Assembly: GCA_050012135.1 (NCBI GenBank)
Contig: JBEKHT010000008.1
Location: 3,773-67,772, forward strand
From: Anaerolineales bacterium
GTDB taxonomy: Bacteria > Chloroflexota > Anaerolineae > Anaerolineales > RBG-16-64-43
Length of the DNA: 64,000 nucleotides
Direction of reading: 5' to 3'
The position numbers and the translations under genes were made by a program. This document shows positions 8,134-18,255 of the stretch, one piece after another (positions within the stretch are counted from its first letter, which is position 1; every line of letters begins with the position of its first letter). Under the pieces are notes generated by a model, which had not been told where the DNA came from, made no database searches, and worked only from the letters and a program-made list of their open reading frames with translations.

Positions 8134-9294
8134 CTAATTGCAGGCCGCCGCCAGGTGCTGCCCGTAGGTCTCTGAGAATACGTGACGGCCGCTTCCGTCG
8201 CAGGCGGCGCGGAAGTAGAGGTAGTCGGTCTTGGCAGGATGGGCGACGGATTGCAGGGCCGCGAGCCCCGGGTTGTCGATGGGGGAAGGTGGCAAGCCGT
8301 TGTGCAAGTAGGTGTTGAAGGGCGACTGGGTTTTCAGATCTTCCGAACTGAGCGGGTTTTTCCACCAGGTGCTCTCTTCCGGGACGAATCCGATTGCGTA
8401 CTGGATGGTCGCATCCGCCTGCAATGGCATTCCCCGCGCCAAGCGATTGAGGAAAACGGATGCGACGACGGGCATCTCGGCGGCGACGATCACTTCTCTT
8501 TGGACGATGGAGGCGAGTATGACAGCTTGGTAAAGGGTTAACCCTTGCTTCTCAAAGCCAGACCGCAGCGCTGCATCCACCCGTTGATCGAACCTCCCGA
8601 CCATTTGATAGACCAGCAAATCTGCGTTGGCATTTGGATCAACCAGGTACTGGTCCGGGAAAAGAAATCCCTCCAGGGTGGCCTGGGGAGGGATTGCGGA
8701 ATAGACAGAAAGGCTTCCGGGTCTGCGGCGCAGGGCGTCCAAGAAGTCCTGGGGTGGGATCTGTAATCCTGCGCTCGCCAAGGAGGGCGGGATCTCTTCC
8801 GAGCGCCAGCCAGAAAGAAGGGTTAACTCGCGCAGGCGCCCCGCCCCGCTCGCCAAGTTGTCCGCGATCGCGCGCGCCGACGCGCCCCCCGGAAGGCTGT
8901 AGATCCCGGGGGCCAGATGGCGATCTCCCCCCGTGTAGCGGAGATACAAGCGGAAGAGGAGGGGATCGCCCAACCAGCCCTCGGCGTGCAACCTGGCCGC
9001 GACGACCGAGGCGCTGTCTCCGGCCCGAATCTCGAAGTTGGTGGGCGCCTCCTGTGTGGAGGGGGCTTGCAGATCCGCCTCTCTCAGGGACAAATAGAAC
9101 TTGAGGGGGATTCCCTCGTACCCGGGGAGGTTCGCGGCGGGAGGGCCAAGCTGGCTCGGCCAGGGTGGGGCGGTGAGGGCCGCGCAAGAATAGGCCAGGG
9201 TTGCCGCGGCCAGCCCGAGCAGCATCACAGCCACCAGTACCCCCAGCGTGGATCGCAGGGGGTGTTGACCGGGCTTAACCCGGGAGGTGGGCAT
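8134..9294 (-). CDS. mltG: Endolytic murein transglycosylase MltG (YceG-like)
   Basis: N-terminal TM anchor. YceG motifs: ASIVQREV, VFLNRL, FNTYLHNGLPPSPIDNPG, DYLYFRA. ATG at 9294 is preferred over the ORF-track start at 9333. Confidence 0.9.
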   Translation of the reverse strand: MPTSRVKPGQHPLRSTLGVLVAVMLLGLAAATLAYSCAALTAPPWPSQLGPPAANLPGYEGIPLKFYLSLREADLQAPSTQEAPTNFEIRAGDSASVVAARLHAEGWLGDPLLFRLYLRYTGGDRHLAPGIYSLPGGASARAIADNLASGAGRLRELTLLSGWRSEEIPPSLASAGLQIPPQDFLDALRRRPGSLSVYSAIPPQATLEGFLFPDQYLVDPNANADLLVYQMVGRFDQRVDAALRSGFEKQGLTLYQAVILASIVQREVIVAAEMPVVASVFLNRLARGMPLQADATIQYAIGFVPEESTWWKNPLSSEDLKTQSPFNTYLHNGLPPSPIDNPGLAALQSVAHPAKTDYLYFRAACDGSGRHVFSETYGQHLAAACN

Positions 9295-9691
9295 TGAGGT
9301 AGTCCTGGAGCATCGCCGCGGCGGCACTGGCATCTATCGGAGCCCTCCTTCGCTTTCGCCGCTCGCCTCTTTCGAGGCGCGCCTGCCGGGCCGCCTCCGT
9401 GGAGAAAGATTCGTCCCAGGTTTCAATGGGCGTCCCGCACTTGGCTCTCAAGGCCGCAACCAGTCGGAGCGCGCGGTTGGCCTGCGGGCCGGGTCGGCCC
9501 TCGGAGTCCGTGGCCAGTCCGACAACGACCCTCTCGGCGCCATTCTGCGAAGCTAGGCGAACCAGGCGCTCCGCGTCCGCCTCGAGGCTTTCATGCAAGA
9601 GGATCACGAGCCCCCGGGCAACCATTCCCTCGGGATCGCTGAGGGCCACGCCGATACGGCGGGTTCCCGGGTCAACTCCTAGGATACGCAT
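9275..9691 (-). CDS. ruvX: Holliday junction resolvase-like nuclease RuvX (YqgF)
   Basis: MRILGVDPGTRRIGVALSD N-terminus, 138 aa. Sits in the classic position between alaS and mltG. Confidence 0.9.
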   Translation of the reverse strand: MRILGVDPGTRRIGVALSDPEGMVARGLVILLHESLEADAERLVRLASQNGAERVVVGLATDSEGRPGPQANRALRLVAALRAKCGTPIETWDESFSTEAARQARLERGERRKRRRAPIDASAAAAMLQDYLNAHLPG

Positions 9692-9774
9692 CTTGAGGCC
9701 TGTACGGGTCCAGGAGGGAAATCAAAGGATTGCTTGGCTTCGGAAACTCGACCTTGCGTGGATTCCCGGCGAGG

Positions 9775-11283
9775 CTAGGAGGGGTGCGCTTCCACATGGA
9801 TCCGCCACGGATAGAGAGGCAGGAAGGGTAGCCAGGAGGGCGAGATCTCGATCGCCGGGGTTATTCCGAGCGGAATACGACTCTGGATTATTCGGGCTGC
9901 CTCGCGGGGCCGCCGCAGACGGACTTGATAGGCAAGGTCACTCGGGTCCAGCACCGGGTAGGCCTTCGCTTCTACTTCCAGGATGGCATCGCCGGCGGGG
10001 GTGCTCGAGAGGGTCATTTCCATCTGGCTCCAATTCAGAGTCTCACCTCGGCCGATGCGCTCGGACAGTGTTTGGGCGGCGATCCTTTCGAGATCCGAGG
10101 AGTTGAAGGAGAGGACCGTCGCCTTGGCGGAAAGTGTCATCCCCACCGAATCGACGGGCGTGCCCGGCGTAGCATCGGCTTGAGATTCGACCGGTCCTTC
10201 GGTCGTGAGCGAGTCCCGAACCAGGAGGGAGCCCGAGGGAGCCTCCGCCTCGAGCCGGAGCAGGGCCTGGGACCGAAGTTCCCCCTCGAGTTCCACGCGG
10301 AGCGATTGCAGGTCATCCACACTCACAACCGCGCGGCGCTCGCTTTGTCCCCCGCTCATGGGGCTCGAGTCACTCACCTCCAGGATCAGGCCAAGCGGGC
10401 CTACGATCGTCCCCAGGGAACCGGCTGGCAGGTTCCCCTGGATCCCTGCTTGCGCTGCATTCACACCGATCCAAACCTTCTGATTGGGAGCAATAGCGGC
10501 GGGAGAGGAGGTCAGGAAAACCATTCGCGCGGAGGGTGCTTGGATCTGAAGACCGGGCGGCAGGAGCAGCGTGTCCGAGCTCCTATTGTGGAGCAGCACG
10601 GAACCCGAGGCGCTTTCGGTAGGGACCACTTCCTCCCCTGAAGACAACTGCCTTCCGGACACCTGGACCTGAGCGATTAGTCCCGCGCCCGAAGACTTGG
10701 GGAGCAAGCTGGAGGCGGCGACGGGCCGGCTCGGAAGCTGGAGACGGATGATCGCGGAGGGAACCCCAAGGACGATGGGGAGCAAGAGCAGACCGATCCC
10801 TACGGAGAATACCAGGATCCGGAATCTTCCCAACCCGAAGCCCTGGACCGCGCCTGAGCGAAACAGACAATTCGTGAGGAGATCCTCGTTCGGCCCTCGA
10901 GAGGTCGCTCCCGGAATCCGAACCGCCGAATCCTTTCCTTTTCCCGACCCGCGCGAGGGCGGGGGCAGGGGTTTTCGCATCTCGGGCGGCGGGGGTGGCA
11001 GAGCTTCGCGTGAGATCCGAAGGGCCGTCTGCAGGGAGGGGAAACAGGGAGTTTGGGTTTCCTTTGCGAGCGCCCGCAGGGGCCGAACCGAGGTGACCAA
11101 AGCGAGGGAGGATCCGACCGAGATCGCCCATCGGCGGGCGAGAACCAGATCCAGGCGTCTTCGGATCGCAGGGGAGGGGGAGGCCGCGTGGAGCAATACC
11201 AGACTTGCCTGTGCGCGGAGCACCTTGTCGCGCAGGGAGGCCAAGTCATCATTGGGCTCAACGCTGATAATCTGTTCTTTCAA
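9775..11283 (-). CDS. Hypothetical single-pass membrane protein with a Pro-rich linker and a large C-terminal extracytoplasmic domain (possible baseplate-J-like motif)
   Basis: 502 aa. N-terminal soluble domain, a PPPPPEMRKPLPPP linker, a TM segment (ILVFSVGIGLLLLPIVLGV), then about 300 aa. The motif AAQAGIQGNLPAGSLG...SSPMSGGQSER resembles the baseplate J/gp47 pattern from memory only. Confidence 0.55.
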   Translation of the reverse strand: MKEQIISVEPNDDLASLRDKVLRAQASLVLLHAASPSPAIRRRLDLVLARRWAISVGSSLALVTSVRPLRALAKETQTPCFPSLQTALRISREALPPPPPEMRKPLPPPSRGSGKGKDSAVRIPGATSRGPNEDLLTNCLFRSGAVQGFGLGRFRILVFSVGIGLLLLPIVLGVPSAIIRLQLPSRPVAASSLLPKSSGAGLIAQVQVSGRQLSSGEEVVPTESASGSVLLHNRSSDTLLLPPGLQIQAPSARMVFLTSSPAAIAPNQKVWIGVNAAQAGIQGNLPAGSLGTIVGPLGLILEVSDSSPMSGGQSERRAVVSVDDLQSLRVELEGELRSQALLRLEAEAPSGSLLVRDSLTTEGPVESQADATPGTPVDSVGMTLSAKATVLSFNSSDLERIAAQTLSERIGRGETLNWSQMEMTLSSTPAGDAILEVEAKAYPVLDPSDLAYQVRLRRPREAARIIQSRIPLGITPAIEISPSWLPFLPLYPWRIHVEAHPS

Positions 11284-11361
11284 TCAGGGTTCCGGGACTC
11301 CGTGACCCGCTTCGAATGGGTGCCCCGATCTCTGGGCTGGGCCGCTGGAGTTTGATTAACC

Positions 11362-14145
11362 TCAAGTCAGGGTGTCGGTCACCAGTCGGGCCACGAGTTT
11401 GAGCGCCTCGTTCATCCGGGTGGGGTCACTCCCCCCGGCCTGCGCCAGGGTGGGCCGTCCGCCGCCGCCGCCCCCAAGAATCTTGGCGGCGGCCTGCGCC
11501 AATCGCCCGGCATCGAGACCTCGCGCGGTAAGGTCCTCGCTTACCGCCACCACCAGGGTCGGCTTGCCGTGCTGCGTCGTCCCGATCGCGGCCACGCCCG
11601 AGGGATAGCGCTGCCGGAAAGCGTCGGTGAGCAGGCGCAGAGTCTCCGCATCAGCCTGTGATATCTCGGTGGTCAGGAGAGCTGCTCCCTGGATTCGATC
11701 GGCTCTCTGGAGGACCGTTTCAAATTCCCTCCTGGCCATTTCCTGACGCAGGCGCTGATTGTCTTTGCGCAAGGTCTCCAGCTCGCCCAGCAGGGCCAAC
11801 ACCTTGCGATCCACCTCTTGGTCGCTGACCCCCAGATAGGCCGCCATGTTGATGAGGTCTCGGGAGCGCTGCTGCGCGAGCGCCACCGCAGCATGTCCGG
11901 TCACAGCCTCGATTCGCCGCACTCCGGCTGCCACACTGCTCTCGCTCAGGATCAGGAAGAGCCCGATGTCCGCCGTCTCGAATACGTGGGTGCCGCCGCA
12001 GAGCTCATAGGAGAACACTTCCGGTTCCCCGATGGATATCGTGCGCACGACCTCGCCATATTTTTCGCCGAAAAGAGCGGTGGCTCCCTCGCTAACCGCC
12101 AGCTCGCGGGACTTGTGCTCGCTATTGACTGGGTAGTTTGCCAGGACAGCCTCGTTGACGTACCGCTCAACGCGCTCCAGGTCCTGTTGACTGACCATCG
12201 CGGGATGGGTGAAATCGAAGCGAAGCCGATCGGGCGCAACGAGGGAGCCGGACTGCCGGACATGCGGGCCCAGCACGTGGCGTAACTCGGCCTGCAACAA
12301 GTGGGTGGCGGTGTGGTTTCGCATGATATCCCAGCGTCTCTCGTTGTCCACGCTGGCCACGGCGAGGTCCCCGGCCTGGGGTGTCCCGATGGTCACTTCG
12401 CCCACGTGTACGATCAGGCCGGCGGCAGGCCGGCGGACCTCCTGCACGGCAATTTCCCAGAGAACTTCAGCGGTTTGTTCCTTGGATCGGCGAATCCACC
12501 CCGTGTCGGAGACTTGCCCGCCGGCCTCGAGGTAGAAACAAGTGCGTGGCAACACGACCTCCACCACAGAGCCCGCCGTCACCTGGGTCACCCGCTGATG
12601 ATCCTGGAGCAGCGCTATGACCGGCTCCTCCACGTCGAAATTGCTGTAGGGGTCGTACTCCGTTCCTTCTTCTGCGAGCAGGCCCTCGGCCTGCAGCTGT
12701 TCTTTGAGGGAACGATACAAGGCCACATCCTGGCCGTCCAGTTCACCCAGGGCCTGTCCGGCACCCGAAGCCTCGCGATGATCCTCCAGGGCCCGGCGAA
12801 ACCCCGCCTCGTCCACTTCCAGGCCGTGTTCTCGTGCCACGTCCCGGGTAATCTCCAGCGGCAGCCCGTAGGTTGCATACAGGCGGAAGGCATGTTCGCC
12901 TTCAAGGGTCTTGGCTCCTGCCTCCTTTTGAGTGCGAAGCACGTTTTCCAGATTCTCGATGCCGACATCAACCGTGCGTCGAAAGCGATTCTCCTCAAGA
13001 GTGAGGGTGCTCAGAATGGTGTCACGGGAGCGAGCGATTTCGGGGTAGGCCGTTTCATATTCGCGCAGGACGGCCTCCGCGATGCCAGCCAGGAAGGGTT
13101 CGGTGAATCCGATCTTGGCCCCAAACCGGGCGGCCCGCCGGATGATCATGCGGGTAACGTAGTTGCGCCCCAGGTTCCCGGGGACCACGCCGTCGGCGAC
13201 CAGGAAGGTGGCGGCACGCGCATGGTCGGCGACCACGCGGTAGGCAACAAGGTTTTCCGCCCGCTTTTTGTTCGTATGCCCCACCTGCTCCTGGATCTTC
13301 TCCATGATCGGTGTGAAGAGGTCGGTCTCGTAGCTATTGTCTTTTCCCTGGATGAGCATGGCAAGGCGCTCCAGGCCCATGCCTGTATCCACCCCGTGCG
13401 CGGGCAAAGAGCTTCGAGATCCGTCCGGGGACAGGTTGAACTGCATGAAAACCAAATTCCAGATTTCCAAGAATCGGCCGTCCGGGTTGTCGTCGAGGTG
13501 GTACAGGAGCTCCGCGCCGTGCAGGGCTCCGCGCGAGGGCGTGAAGTCGTAGTGGATCTCTGAGGTGGGACCGCAAGGCCCGACCTCAGCCATTTGCCAG
13601 AAGTTGGTCTTGTCGCCCATCCGGGCAACCCTGGCTGGAGGCACGCCGACTTCGTCGACCCAGTGCTGGTACGCCTCTTCATCTGATTCATGCACCGTGA
13701 AGTAAAGGCGATCCTCGGGCAGGCCGAAGGTGCCCGTCACGAGATCATACGCATAGCGAATGGCGTCCTTTTTGAAGTAGTCCCCGAAGGAGAAGTTACC
13801 GAGCATTTCGAAAAAGGTATGGTGACGGGGGCTTGGGCCGACATTTTCGAGGTCGTTGTGTTTTCCAGAAACCCGCATGCATCGTTGCACGCTCGTGGCC
13901 CGCACATAGGGGCGCCGATCCTGCCCCAGAAACACGTCCTTGAATTGCACCATTCCGGCATTAGTGAACAGAAGGGTCGGGTCGTTTCCGGGAACCAGAG
14001 AAGAAGAGGGGACGATCGTGTGGCCCCTCTCCGCAAAGAACTGAAGAAACGCGCGCCGGATTTCTGCGCCCTTCCCGTTGGCGGGATGGGACGCTGGATC
14101 GGACGGTCGCGTGCGTTTCCCTTCCTGGCCCTTGGCCTTTGGCAT
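11362..14145 (-). CDS. alaS: Alanine--tRNA ligase
   Basis: IRRAFLQFFAERGHTIVPSSSLVP, FTNAGMVQFK, and the editing-domain HTATHLL motif. ATG at 14145 is preceded by GGAGGTGG. The longer track ORF to 14352 adds an implausible Arg-rich leader. Confidence 0.95.
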   Translation of the reverse strand: MPKAKGQEGKRTRPSDPASHPANGKGAEIRRAFLQFFAERGHTIVPSSSLVPGNDPTLLFTNAGMVQFKDVFLGQDRRPYVRATSVQRCMRVSGKHNDLENVGPSPRHHTFFEMLGNFSFGDYFKKDAIRYAYDLVTGTFGLPEDRLYFTVHESDEEAYQHWVDEVGVPPARVARMGDKTNFWQMAEVGPCGPTSEIHYDFTPSRGALHGAELLYHLDDNPDGRFLEIWNLVFMQFNLSPDGSRSSLPAHGVDTGMGLERLAMLIQGKDNSYETDLFTPIMEKIQEQVGHTNKKRAENLVAYRVVADHARAATFLVADGVVPGNLGRNYVTRMIIRRAARFGAKIGFTEPFLAGIAEAVLREYETAYPEIARSRDTILSTLTLEENRFRRTVDVGIENLENVLRTQKEAGAKTLEGEHAFRLYATYGLPLEITRDVAREHGLEVDEAGFRRALEDHREASGAGQALGELDGQDVALYRSLKEQLQAEGLLAEEGTEYDPYSNFDVEEPVIALLQDHQRVTQVTAGSVVEVVLPRTCFYLEAGGQVSDTGWIRRSKEQTAEVLWEIAVQEVRRPAAGLIVHVGEVTIGTPQAGDLAVASVDNERRWDIMRNHTATHLLQAELRHVLGPHVRQSGSLVAPDRLRFDFTHPAMVSQQDLERVERYVNEAVLANYPVNSEHKSRELAVSEGATALFGEKYGEVVRTISIGEPEVFSYELCGGTHVFETADIGLFLILSESSVAAGVRRIEAVTGHAAVALAQQRSRDLINMAAYLGVSDQEVDRKVLALLGELETLRKDNQRLRQEMARREFETVLQRADRIQGAALLTTEISQADAETLRLLTDAFRQRYPSGVAAIGTTQHGKPTLVVAVSEDLTARGLDAGRLAQAAAKILGGGGGGRPTLAQAGGSDPTRMNEALKLVARLVTDTLT

Positions 14146-14889
14146 TCCACCTCCAAACGCGCGGGCAGCATTATAAGCTTTTGGGAATCGGAAATCAATT
14201 CGATAACGGGAGTGCCCGGTCTCGCGTCGGGCTCCGTGAGAACCAGACCGTGCCCGGGCCGCGATTAGAAAGCCAATCGGATCCAACCAGTGGGTCGGCT
14301 CTTTCCCTGACGGAGCCGGGCCGTCGTGCAGTCTGGGTCGGCTGGAGGCCATTCGGCGGGCGGGAAACTCCGCCCCGGGTGTGGGCTGGCTCTCGATTCG
14401 GGGCGCAGCGGTCAGCGGCGGTGGCGCCCATCGTCAGGCACGGGAAGAACGTCCAGCAGGATGATGATCGCCTCAACTCGGCCCGGTGCCACCGACCCGT
14501 CGGCTTGCAGGGGGACTGAAGAGGCCCTCTGGCGCGGAGCGCCGTCCCAGCGGATGGGATCTTCGTCTGCCGGCCGGCAGGCCGGGCCCGTGGGCTTGCT
14601 TGGATTTCCCCGTGGCTCGGAGGGTCGGAGGTTGACCTGGGTGAGAGAACAATCGCGCCGACCTCAAGTGGCTTCGCTTCCGAGGTCCGCCATGTGCATG
14701 GATGCCAAACTTCACCCAGCGAGACAAACGGGGGAGGGACCGGGGCCGCGACGCACAGATGGCGATCGGGACAGCTTGCCCGGCCGTTTGCTTGACGGAA
14801 GGTTCGCCGCTATGATGAAAGACAATTGAGGTCTAGCTTCGAGCGGAGCGCGACCATCCCTGGCGGGGGCCACACGGGAGACTTCCTCT

Positions 14890-15735
14890 ATGGTGCGGAT
14901 CGTCACGGACACTACCTCGGGCCTTCCTCGGGATCAGGCGGCAGCACTCGGCATCGCGATCGTCCCTCAGATCGTCGTGTTCGGCGAATCATCCTATCGA
15001 GATGATAACGAGATTGATACTGAAAGATTCTTGAGTCTGCTGCGGTCTTCGCCGGCCTTGCCAAAGACCGCGGCCCCGCCGCCCGCGCTGTTCACCCCTA
15101 TTTTTGAGGAGTGCGCCAAGCGGGGAGAAACGGTGATATGCCTTCATCCTTCGGCGCTGCTGAGCGGGACGGTGCGGAGCGCCGTGGTCGCTTCTCAGGA
15201 TTTTCCTGGGTCCGACATTCGGGTGGTGGATACCCGAACCATTTCTGCGCCTCTCGCGGCGATCGTGCTCGAGGCTGCCTCGATGGCCAAAGCGGGAGGG
15301 ACACCGGAGGAGATTCTTGCTCGGGTCACGGAATTGATGGGATGCCAGCACCTGTTTTTCGTGGTGGACACCCTGGAGTTCCTTCAGAGGGGCGGTCGAA
15401 TCGGGGGGGCCCAAAGATTGCTTGGCGAATTGTTGCAGATCAAGCCGATCCTGACCCTCCAGGAAGGGCGCGTGGAGCCCTTGGAAAGACAGCGCACGAG
15501 AAAGAAAGCGCTCGCCCGCGTTATCGAACTGGTCACGCGGGGCTGCCCTGCTCGCGAGGAGTCGCACCTTAGCGTAATCCATGCCGATGCAAGGCAGGAA
15601 GCCTTGGGCCTGGCGGCCGAGCTGTCTCGCCTTGTGGGCCTTCCACGGATTCCCATTTACGAGTTGCCGCCGGCCATTGTAGTTCATGGGGGACCTGGCC
15701 TTCTGGGCGCGAGCTACTTTGGCCCGCTACAGTGA
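14890..15735 (+). CDS. DegV-family fatty-acid-binding protein
   Basis: MVRIVTDTTSGLP...IVPQIVVFGESSYRD, 281 aa, typical DegV layout. Confidence 0.88.
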   Translation: MVRIVTDTTSGLPRDQAAALGIAIVPQIVVFGESSYRDDNEIDTERFLSLLRSSPALPKTAAPPPALFTPIFEECAKRGETVICLHPSALLSGTVRSAVVASQDFPGSDIRVVDTRTISAPLAAIVLEAASMAKAGGTPEEILARVTELMGCQHLFFVVDTLEFLQRGGRIGGAQRLLGELLQIKPILTLQEGRVEPLERQRTRKKALARVIELVTRGCPAREESHLSVIHADARQEALGLAAELSRLVGLPRIPIYELPPAIVVHGGPGLLGASYFGPLQ

Positions 15736-16112
15736 CACGGCCCCCGCCGGCCAAACCTCTTCGCGATTCGGGGGGCAGGATTTCCAAGTGGCGCTCCACA
15801 GCGCACAGCCAGCCTTGCGTGTCCATCCTCGCTCTGGTGACGCGCAGTCTCCTGGGCCTCCTAGGGAAAGTCGAAAATGCTGTTGGGCAAAGCAATTCCC
15901 CGGGCTGGGGCCTGGAAGTCCCGACCGCATCGCCCCCTCGCCGCAGCCGGATCCGTGGGGGGCACGAGCTCGCCACCTGCCGGCCACATCGCGTGCGGTC
16001 CGCGCAGGCCCTCTTGGCAGCCCGCGCGAGAAGTAGCGGGCCGGAGGGGCTGAGGGCAGCGTGACCGGATCCGGCGCAAACTCTGGTCGGGATCTCTCGT
16101 GGAGGTGAACCG

Positions 16113-17357
16113 GTGAACAAGAGTCCGATGCTCGTCTTTAAGAAGACCCTCAGGGCGACACCGGAGCAAGTCTTCCGCGCCTTCACCAACGCCTTGCATT
16201 TGCGGATGTGGTTGTGTGACCAGGGGATCCTGGAGCCGCGCAAGGCAGGCCGCCTCTACCTGGCCTGGAGCGGTGGCTACTACGTGGTTGGAGAATTCAC
16301 GACCTTCCGGCCACCTCGCAGCCTAGAGCTGAGGTGGATGGGTCGAGGTGAGCCCGGACCAAGCCGCGTTCGCCTTTCTCTAGTCCCCCGGGGAGGGGAA
16401 ACCTCCCTGACACTGACCCACGAGGACATGGGCCGCGGGCCAGCCTGGAGGGCGACCCTGCGCCGGCTTGACCGCGGCTGGCAGAGGGCTCTGCTGTCTC
16501 TGGCATCTTTGGTGGAGGACGGAACCGACCTGAGGTTTGCTCGTCGACCTCTCATCGGGATATCCTTCGCCGAAGAAGTGACCGCAGAGCGAGCGCGGAC
16601 GCGCGGGCTCCCACCGACGGGGGGGGTTGAGTTGATTTCGGTGGTGGAGGGGATGGCTCTCGAGCGAGGAGGGCTGCGGAAAGGCGACGTCATCCTAGGC
16701 TTGGGAAGGCGGAAGGTTAACGATTGGCGCTCTCTAGCCGCGGCCCTTGATCGTTATCAGGCCGGTGACCGGGTCAAGGTAGTTTTCGAGCGCAACGGCG
16801 AGCGGAGGAGCGCGGAGGTCGAGCTCTCAGAGCGCAGACTGCCCGAGATCCCTTGGGATCCGAAGGAGCTTGCGAAAAGGATGAGCTTCGTCTACGGGCA
16901 GGCGGATGCCGAGCTCCGCAAGGCGCTGGAAGGGATCTCCGAGGCCCTGTCAGAACGAGCACCTCACCCAGGGGAATGGAGTCCCAAGCAAGTCTTGGCG
17001 CACTTGGCCTTGTGCGAACGGGATATCCATTCTTGGATCGCAGCCCTGCTTGCCGGGGAAGAGTGCGAGACGGTCTTCCATTCAAACAATGCGCTCTGCC
17101 TGGATGCAACGGTTGCCGTCTATGTCAGCACCCGCGCCCTCTTGGACGAGCTTTGGCGCAACGAAGCTGAGACGCTAGCGCTCCTCGATTCACTGCCAGA
17201 TAAGTTCGTTGCGGATAAGGGTCTCTACACGCGGATGGCGCGCCTTCTGGCCGAGTCGCAGGACCACTTCGATGACCACATTCGGCAAATTGAGCAGAGC
17301 CTCGCGCTGTTCCAGGTGGCCGAAAGCGGCAAGGTCAAGACGGAGGAGATGCGCTAG
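16113..17357 (+). CDS. Three-domain fusion: SRPBCC/AHSA1-like, PDZ and DinB-like
   Basis: The N-terminus has FKKTLRATPEQVFRAFTNALHLRMW (Aha1/SRPBCC type). The middle has VVEGMALERGGLRKGDVILGLGRRKV (PDZ). The C-terminus has EWSPKQVLAHLALCERDIHSWI (DinB-like helix bundle). Confidence 0.65.
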   Translation: MNKSPMLVFKKTLRATPEQVFRAFTNALHLRMWLCDQGILEPRKAGRLYLAWSGGYYVVGEFTTFRPPRSLELRWMGRGEPGPSRVRLSLVPRGGETSLTLTHEDMGRGPAWRATLRRLDRGWQRALLSLASLVEDGTDLRFARRPLIGISFAEEVTAERARTRGLPPTGGVELISVVEGMALERGGLRKGDVILGLGRRKVNDWRSLAAALDRYQAGDRVKVVFERNGERRSAEVELSERRLPEIPWDPKELAKRMSFVYGQADAELRKALEGISEALSERAPHPGEWSPKQVLAHLALCERDIHSWIAALLAGEECETVFHSNNALCLDATVAVYVSTRALLDELWRNEAETLALLDSLPDKFVADKGLYTRMARLLAESQDHFDDHIRQIEQSLALFQVAESGKVKTEEMR

Positions 17358-17856
17358 GGACTCCCAAGGCGCTGCCCGGGTCCGCTGGCACGCTCTTGGG
17401 GGAAGCTGGGCGGGCTCAGGCCAGAAGCACGGAGGCTCAGGCTCCTGGGACATCCAGAGCCCCACATCGCCTGCACCGTGCGCGCATCCTCGCTTGGGCG
17501 TGGGAAGGGACGGTTCATTCAACCGAGATCGTTGACGGGCCAGGGGGATATTGGCAGGGCCGGGGCGGCGGTCCTGCCCCTGGCTCCTCAGAATGAATCC
17601 GCGCCACGCGATCATTGACGCCCAGGGGGGGCCCGATGACCTGGCAGGAAGGGCTGGTAGGCCATAATGCGCATAGGCACTAGGGGACAACCAATCCCAC
17701 CTCAACCTGCGCCCCCCCTCGCCAGCCACACTCAAACCAACCTCCCCAGAAGCTCAATTGGAGGCTGATCATGTAGGGTAGAATCGACGCACAAGGGATG
17801 GCTGGGCACTGGGAATCAAACAGGCAGGAGCCGAGTTCGGATCGCCCTCGGGGGGG

Positions 17857-18255
17857 TTGCCCATGTCGACGGGAAGGACGGCTCAAGGTCGGGAAGTCGC
17901 CGGGGAAAAGACTCAGGTCGGAACGGCCGCCGAGTCGCCTGAGGTGGAGGCCGAAATTCACCTGGGCTGGACGTTGTATGGCAAGGGGGACCTGGAGGGG
18001 GCCCTGAGCGCATTCGGACGTTCCAAGGCGTTTGGCCCGGATTCGGTTGATGCCTACTATGGCCTGGGAATCGTCCTCAAGGCGATGGACAGGAAAGACG
18101 AGTCGGGCCGAGCCTTCGACAAGGCCGCCGAACTGGCAAGGATAACGGACTCGGGGTCAGCCCGCATGCAAATGCTGCGACGAATGGCGATTGCCCACGC
18201 CAGTTTCGTGCGGACAGGCGAATGGAGCATGGAAGGGGAAGGACGGATCCGGTGA
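17857..18255 (+). CDS. TPR-repeat protein
   Basis: GWTLYGKGDLEGALSAFGRSKAFGPDSVDAYYGLGIVLKAMDRKDESGRAFDKAAELA forms two TPR-like repeats. The stop overlaps the next gene's GTG (GTGA). Confidence 0.6.
   Translation: MPMSTGRTAQGREVAGEKTQVGTAAESPEVEAEIHLGWTLYGKGDLEGALSAFGRSKAFGPDSVDAYYGLGIVLKAMDRKDESGRAFDKAAELARITDSGSARMQMLRRMAIAHASFVRTGEWSMEGEGRIR

Noticed and set aside
12301-13563. A 420-aa plus-strand ORF inside alaS (antisense)
   Set aside because: alaS on the minus strand is unambiguous. The antisense product is His/Gly/Arg-rich with no domain signature.
14146-14450. T-box or other known leader upstream of alaS
   Set aside because: I could not find the T-box consensus (..GGGTGGNACCGCG..) or specifier-loop features on the minus strand. 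Only generic GC-rich stems are present.
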